Assembly: GCA_965277285.1 (NCBI GenBank)
Contig: OZ255721.1
Span: 2,080,001 to 2,144,000, forward strand
From: Abditibacteriaceae bacterium
GTDB lineage: Bacteria > Armatimonadota > Abditibacteriia > Abditibacteriales > Abditibacteriaceae
Direction of reading: 5' to 3'
Length of the DNA stretch: 64,000 nucleotides
The translations under genes were made by a program, and so were the position numbers. Within the stretch, counting starts at the first letter, position 1; the number at the start of each line of letters is the position of its first letter. The notes under the pieces were generated by a model. That model ran no database searches, had not been told where the DNA came from, and saw nothing but the letters and a program-made list of their open reading frames with translations. Of this stretch, positions 59,504 through 64,000 are shown in pieces.

Positions 59504-62071
59504 TCAACTTACCACATCGCGCAACGCCAAACCCAACGCGACGGCAAAGGCTGTACCATTTTGATCAACAAAATTTTCTGGCAACCCCTTGGCTTCTAAC
59601 TGGACGCGCCCCAAAGGATTTTGAACGGTTGAAGGAATGCCGATCTCCTGAGTCATCATGGCATCCATGTTGGCCATAGAGGCGCCGCCGCCGACCAGCA
59701 CAATACGCCGCACGCCCGCATCAGGGTAGCGCGATGCGTAATACTCAAGAGAGCGCCGCACTTCGTTGATTAATTCAGCCAGTCGCGGTTGCAAAACGGC
59801 ATGCACCGACGCCGGAGTCGTACCCTCTTCGCCACCCAGTCCCAGCCCGAAATCTTCCAGGCCAAAAGAATCATCAATAGAGGAACCTGTCGCAAACTGA
59901 TCCAGGTCGAAGTCACCGGAAGGCACATCTGCCCCTGCAACAGGAGTGACTGCGTAGGGTGAGGTTGCGTCGCCAGGTGTCAGTACCGACTCGGCAGCGC
60001 CGGGCACAGTGTCATTTGTCGACGCCACAGCATCTGTTGTCAAAGTGTCAGTCGGCGTCACGGCAGGCGCGGAAATCATGCTGGCAAAAGCGCTGTCGAA
60101 ATCGTCGCCACTGGCATTTGGTGCGACCGGCGTCGAAAAGTCGAAGACTGGCGCGCCAGACATCGGACTCGCGCCTGGTGCAATAGATGGAACTGCCACT
60201 GCACCCGCATCGCTTGCATCCATTGACGGCAATGTCGTCAGATCATCTTCGTTCACGGTCGACAGTGACTGTTCTTCAGAAACCGAGGGTAGCGTATCTT
60301 CCGATTCATCAATGTAACGCTCCGCGCCGGGTGCCAGAAGCCCTTCAGGCATCTGCAGGTTTGTAGGAAAGACTGACTGCGCTGTAGAGGAGGTCGCAAC
60401 CGAAGGCAAGGATGGAAAAGATGGCAGCTCGGGATCATCCGCACTTCCCACGCCATACATTTGTCCCGACGGCGCCATCGTCGCCATATCGCCTTCTTCG
60501 CCCACCATTGAAAAATCGAGTGGCGCAGGCGATGCTTGATTCGGCGCAGAGTTCGCTTCGGCATTCGCAACGTTGCTGGCGGTGGAAGCAGGCGTTGCGT
60601 CACCGCTTTTCATAACTGTGGCAGCGGGGACATTTCCTTCAGGTTCAATGGGGTCAGTCGGAATGCCCTCATCAACTTCGCGTTCATCTTCGGTAAAGTT
60701 AAAGCGCGACAAATCAAAGTTGAACGGCGGCTTATCACCCTGTTTTTGGAGATGGCCTTCTTGTGGCTCGTTTTGGCGCGGTCCCTGATTGAATGTTTCC
60801 AGATCGAAAGGATCGCTCGCTGCTACCGTGCTGCCTTCTGCTCCAACATTGATTGGTTGCAGTTCAGTTTCGGTATCTGCGTTATGAACCATCGAGTCAT
60901 CAACGTTATGACTTGTTGCATCGCTATCAGTTGTCGGGCGGCTATTGGAAATTTCGTCGTCGCCAAAAGCGCTCCAATCGTCTGCTGCGGCATTTGCGAC
61001 GAGAGCCTGAGGGTCAGGAACATGCGGTGGCAGAGCGTCGCCTACTTCACGCTTCAAGCGTTCGGCATCTGGCCAAGTCAAACCAAAATGATCGGCCAAT
61101 GCCTGCGTCAAGGCATTACCAGCGACCGGGACTGAGCGTGTAAAAACCAGTACATCGCCGCGTAAAACCGAAATTTCCGTACTCGTCGCGCCAATATTGA
61201 TGAGCGCTGTCGCGTCATTGTAATCGGTTGCCACATCCTGCGATAGTTCGTTGTCCTGGCCATTGTCCAATGCGCGGTCTTCGGTGCTTCCCGTGCCATA
61301 GAAAATGGAGCGCGCCGCCGCCAAAGGCTCGACATCAATCGCCTGCGCGGCTAACTTCGCACCCTGCAAAACCTTCAAGTGCAGGTCGATAGTTTCATTT
61401 TGCACCGCCGCCAGTAGCACTTCCATATTGGGCGCGTCAGGATCGGTCGGCAGTTCGCGCAACGCTCGGAAATCTTTAACAACGTCGGCTGGAGGAAACG
61501 GAACGTAACGCTCCAAGTCCATATTCATGTTCTCGTTGAGTTCCGCATCCGACATTTTTGGCACTTCGAGTACTCGAACTACGAGCGCGCCGCCACCTGC
61601 AATGGACGTAATGGCGCTGCGCGTGCGAATACCGCTTTGTGCGAACAACTCACGGATCGCGCTGGAAATCGCCGCCGGACTCATGATCAAGCCGTTGGAC
61701 AAGCTTTCCGCCGGTGTCGGGATCATGCCGACAGCCGTCACCACGACGCCGCCGCCGCGACTACGCACTTCGACAGCTTTGATGGAATCGTTGCCGATAT
61801 TAAGGCCGACAACTGCGCCGCCTTTAATGCCTTTGGCAACGCGCGGAATCTTGGCAGGCTTCGCCGCTTTGGGACGACCCGCGCCGCGTTTGAAGCGCGA
61901 TGTCGCGCCACCGTTTGCGGCAGCGAGATCGTCCGTTGCTGCCGATTGCGGCTCCATGAAATTGGCGCCGGTACCCGCGTCGGGCGCACCCGAAGTGACT
62001 GGGGCCGTCGGCAAAGGTTGAGATGATGTGTCGTCTGCGGACGACTTTGATTTCCTGGCGAAAAGAGCCAT
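59504..62071 (-). CDS. pilM: Type IV pilus assembly protein PilM with large internal insertion
   Basis: VGLNIGNDSIK, DVEPLA, INIGATST, EVRRSLEYY, LVGGGA and AVALGLALR motifs. Confidence 0.9.
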   Translation of the reverse strand: MALFARKSKSSADDTSSQPLPTAPVTSGAPDAGTGANFMEPQSAATDDLAAANGGATSRFKRGAGRPKAAKPAKIPRVAKGIKGGAVVGLNIGNDSIKAVEVRSRGGGVVVTAVGMIPTPAESLSNGLIMSPAAISSAIRELFAQSGIRTRSAITSIAGGGALVVRVLEVPKMSDAELNENMNMDLERYVPFPPADVVKDFRALRELPTDPDAPNMEVLLAAVQNETIDLHLKVLQGAKLAAQAIDVEPLAAARSIFYGTGSTEDRALDNGQDNELSQDVATDYNDATALINIGATSTEISVLRGDVLVFTRSVPVAGNALTQALADHFGLTWPDAERLKREVGDALPPHVPDPQALVANAAADDWSAFGDDEISNSRPTTDSDATSHNVDDSMVHNADTETELQPINVGAEGSTVAASDPFDLETFNQGPRQNEPQEGHLQKQGDKPPFNFDLSRFNFTEDEREVDEGIPTDPIEPEGNVPAATVMKSGDATPASTASNVANAEANSAPNQASPAPLDFSMVGEEGDMATMAPSGQMYGVGSADDPELPSFPSLPSVATSSTAQSVFPTNLQMPEGLLAPGAERYIDESEDTLPSVSEEQSLSTVNEDDLTTLPSMDASDAGAVAVPSIAPGASPMSGAPVFDFSTPVAPNASGDDFDSAFASMISAPAVTPTDTLTTDAVASTNDTVPGAAESVLTPGDATSPYAVTPVAGADVPSGDFDLDQFATGSSIDDSFGLEDFGLGLGGEEGTTPASVHAVLQPRLAELINEVRRSLEYYASRYPDAGVRRIVLVGGGASMANMDAMMTQEIGIPSTVQNPLGRVQLEAKGLPENFVDQNGTAFAVALGLALRDVVS

Positions 62072-62633
62072 AAAGTGAACCCAATATAAACCGGAGCAGA
62101 TAGCTCGCAAGCATTCGCAAGAAACAGCTTTTCAGTGCAACTCAGTGCAACTTTCAATGACAACGTTTCATCAACAACGTTGGAATAAGTCAATGTTCAA
62201 CAAATCAACACTCAAAAGGAAAGGGTCAAACACAGCGACTCGAGGTTTTCGAGAATAGGTGACAATTCGAGATTAGCAACAATTGCAAGAGCGGCGACAG
62301 CAGAACGCGACGATGAGCAGAGCGACCAAAGAAATTCTGCATCAGGCGTTTTGCGCTTTCAAAGAAATCGAGTTCGATGGAATAGAAGAACCAACAAAGC
62401 GAGCCATCTACAGGAAAGTGTTGTTATTATGACCTTTTGCCGGTTCGTTGTCAATTCATCGGGCCGCTCAATTCTTACTTGTCATCAAGCGTTCTGCCAA
62501 GCGATGCTTTCCTCTTATTATTCCCCATTTGGGCAACAACGACACAACAAAGGCCGCACATCTGACCGGACAGCGTGCGCCTGCTAAACTACGGGCGCCC
62601 AAACCGCCTATTTCATTGCTTTCAAGGACAAAA

Positions 62634-63536
62634 GTGACACATCTCAACGAACAATCGACTGCCGCGACGCTGCGCATCGGTTTGCCCAAAGGTTCTTTGC
62701 AGGACGCGACCATTCGCATGATGCGGCGCGCCGGCTGGAGCATCAACGTTTCCGAACGCTCTTATTATCCTTCTGTGGACGACAAAGAACTTACAATTGT
62801 GCTTTTGCGCGCTCAGGAAATCCCGCGCTACGTGCAAGATGGAGTACTCGATTGCGGCATTACCGGCTACGACAACGTGCTCGAAAGCGACGCCAACGTT
62901 CACGAAGTCGCCGAACTGATTTATTCTAAAGCGACTTCGCGCCCTTATCGTTGGGTGCTGGCCGTCCCGCACAATTCGCCGATCAAAAGCGCGCAAGATT
63001 TACAAGGCAAGCGCATCGCTACCGAACTCGTCAACGTCACCAAACGCTATCTTGAAAAAAACGGCGTGCAAGCCGATGTCGAATTTTCGTGGGGCGCCAC
63101 CGAAGTCAAAGTTCCCGACCTGGTGGACGCCATTGTCGAAGGCACCGAAACCGGCTCGACCTTGCGCGCCCACGGCCTGCAAATCATCGACGAACTGCTG
63201 TCGTCCACCACGCGCCTGATCGCCAATCACGGCGCGTGGAACGATGAATGGAAGCGCACCAAAATGACAAATATGGCGACGCTTTTGTGCGGCGCCATGG
63301 CAGCCGAATCGAAAGTCGGCTTGAAGATGAACGCGCCGCGCCGCGAATTGCCGCAGATTTTGGCGTTGTTGCCCTCGATGAAGCAGCCGACCGTTTCGCA
63401 ACTTTCTGATACCGCCGACTGGGTCGCCATCGAGATCGTCGCCGAAGAAGTCCACGTCCGCGACCTGATTCCGCAACTTCTTCAAGCGGGCGCCACTGGC
63501 ATTATCGAGTACTCGTTGAACAAAGTTATCGCTTAA
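62634..63536 (+). CDS. hisG: ATP phosphoribosyltransferase (long form)
   Basis: IGLPKGSL, RAQEIP, GITGYD, GATE and ETGSTL motifs with a C-terminal regulatory domain. GTG start after AAGGA. Confidence 0.95.
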   Translation: MTHLNEQSTAATLRIGLPKGSLQDATIRMMRRAGWSINVSERSYYPSVDDKELTIVLLRAQEIPRYVQDGVLDCGITGYDNVLESDANVHEVAELIYSKATSRPYRWVLAVPHNSPIKSAQDLQGKRIATELVNVTKRYLEKNGVQADVEFSWGATEVKVPDLVDAIVEGTETGSTLRAHGLQIIDELLSSTTRLIANHGAWNDEWKRTKMTNMATLLCGAMAAESKVGLKMNAPRRELPQILALLPSMKQPTVSQLSDTADWVAIEIVAEEVHVRDLIPQLLQAGATGIIEYSLNKVIA

Positions 63537-63610
63537 CTCAGGGACGAAGTGAAAGGTACGAGCGATGAGTTTTTGCGCTCTTTCCTTTCTTTCACCTCAT
63601 TCCTCATTCT

Positions 63611-64000
63611 ATGTTTCTCTTAGGTTTAACAGGCGACATCGCGTCGGGGAAAAGCACGGTCGCGCGCCTTTTGCAAGAGCGTGGCGCCACGCATTTAGAC
63701 GCTGATGCGCTGGTTCACGAACTTTACCGCGACCCAGATTTCGCACAACGATTGCAACGCCATTTGCAAACCTTCGCCGCGCATCGAGTACTCGATATAG
63801 TGGACGAAAACGGCGCGATTGTTCGTTCTGCGCTGGGGCTTTTAGTATTTGGCGACAAGGTGCTTTTGCGACATCTGGAAGAATTTGTGCATCCTGCGGT
63901 GGCCGCTTTGCGCGCGGAAAAGTTGCAGGAACTACAACTTCAATCGTCGCCTGAATCGCCGTCAATTAAATCGTCGTCACCTGTCGTGGTTCTCGAAGCC
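63611..64000 (+). CDS. coaE: Dephospho-CoA kinase, truncated by the window edge
   Basis: My translation gives MFLLGLTGDIASGKSTV, DADALVHELY and LEEFVHPAV. Confidence 0.9.
   Translation, partial: MFLLGLTGDIASGKSTVARLLQERGATHLDADALVHELYRDPDFAQRLQRHLQTFAAHRVLDIVDENGAIVRSALGLLVFGDKVLLRHLEEFVHPAVAALRAEKLQELQLQSSPESPSIKSSSPVVVLEA

Larger units (their letters stand above)
2503..63795. repeat. Dispersed, highly iterated 12-bp palindrome TCGAGTACTCGA (38 perfect copies counted)
   Basis: Starts at 2503, 4207, 5270, 6820, 12016, 15963, 17071, 18465, 19373, 19864, 21817, 22938, 25666, 26104, 26902, 27816, 30069, 31529, 33983, 34496, 35437, 37008, 37529, 38247, 39841, 41143, 42086, 43279, 45831, 48311, 49821, 50336, 51075, 56277, 57573, 59452, 61566, 63784. 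Confidence 0.97.

Noticed and set aside
62111..62633. His attenuator leader or tRNA upstream of hisG
   Set aside because: I found no His-codon run, T-box or cloverleaf. No tRNA or rRNA genes were recognised anywhere in the window.
2503..63795. The 12-mer as a CRISPR repeat, IS end or parS site
   Set aside because: It is too short and irregularly spaced for CRISPR, and no cas genes are present. No transposase or shared flanks are seen. It does not match the parS consensus and is spread evenly.

Overview
This 64 kb window is bacterial chromosome. A secretin, a PASTA kinase, DUF503 and a DUF6785-like membrane protein together suggest a diderm Terrabacterium such as Armatimonadota/Abditibacteriota (inference only). 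From left to right it holds: a Wzx/Wzy/Wzc polysaccharide cluster rich in acyltransferases (1-14.4 kb); ppa; a PASTA (pseudo)kinase, ECF sigma, ZAS anti-sigma and VIT/vWA operon; two TadE/TadG modules flanking hemL; MoxR; mtaB; glycerate kinase; the nusA-ylxR-infB-DUF503-rbfA-DHH-truB-ribF operon; GH76; queG; an NYN protein; a pilMNO(P)-secretin operon; hisG; and coaE. The most striking feature is not a gene. The 12-bp palindrome TCGAGTACTCGA occurs 38 times as a perfect copy by manual count (about 0.004 expected by chance), plus many 1-2 mismatch variants. It appears inside housekeeping genes in all three frames, in the loops of REP-like elements, and as pairs that build terminator-like hairpins. 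This resembles cyanobacterial HIP1 or a DNA-uptake sequence, but the motif is not one I recognise. Other oddities include an in-frame repeat element inside mtaB, two loopless 54-60 bp palindromes, an amber-interrupted TadE, a PilM with a ~400-aa insertion, and a rimP-type leader with no rimP.
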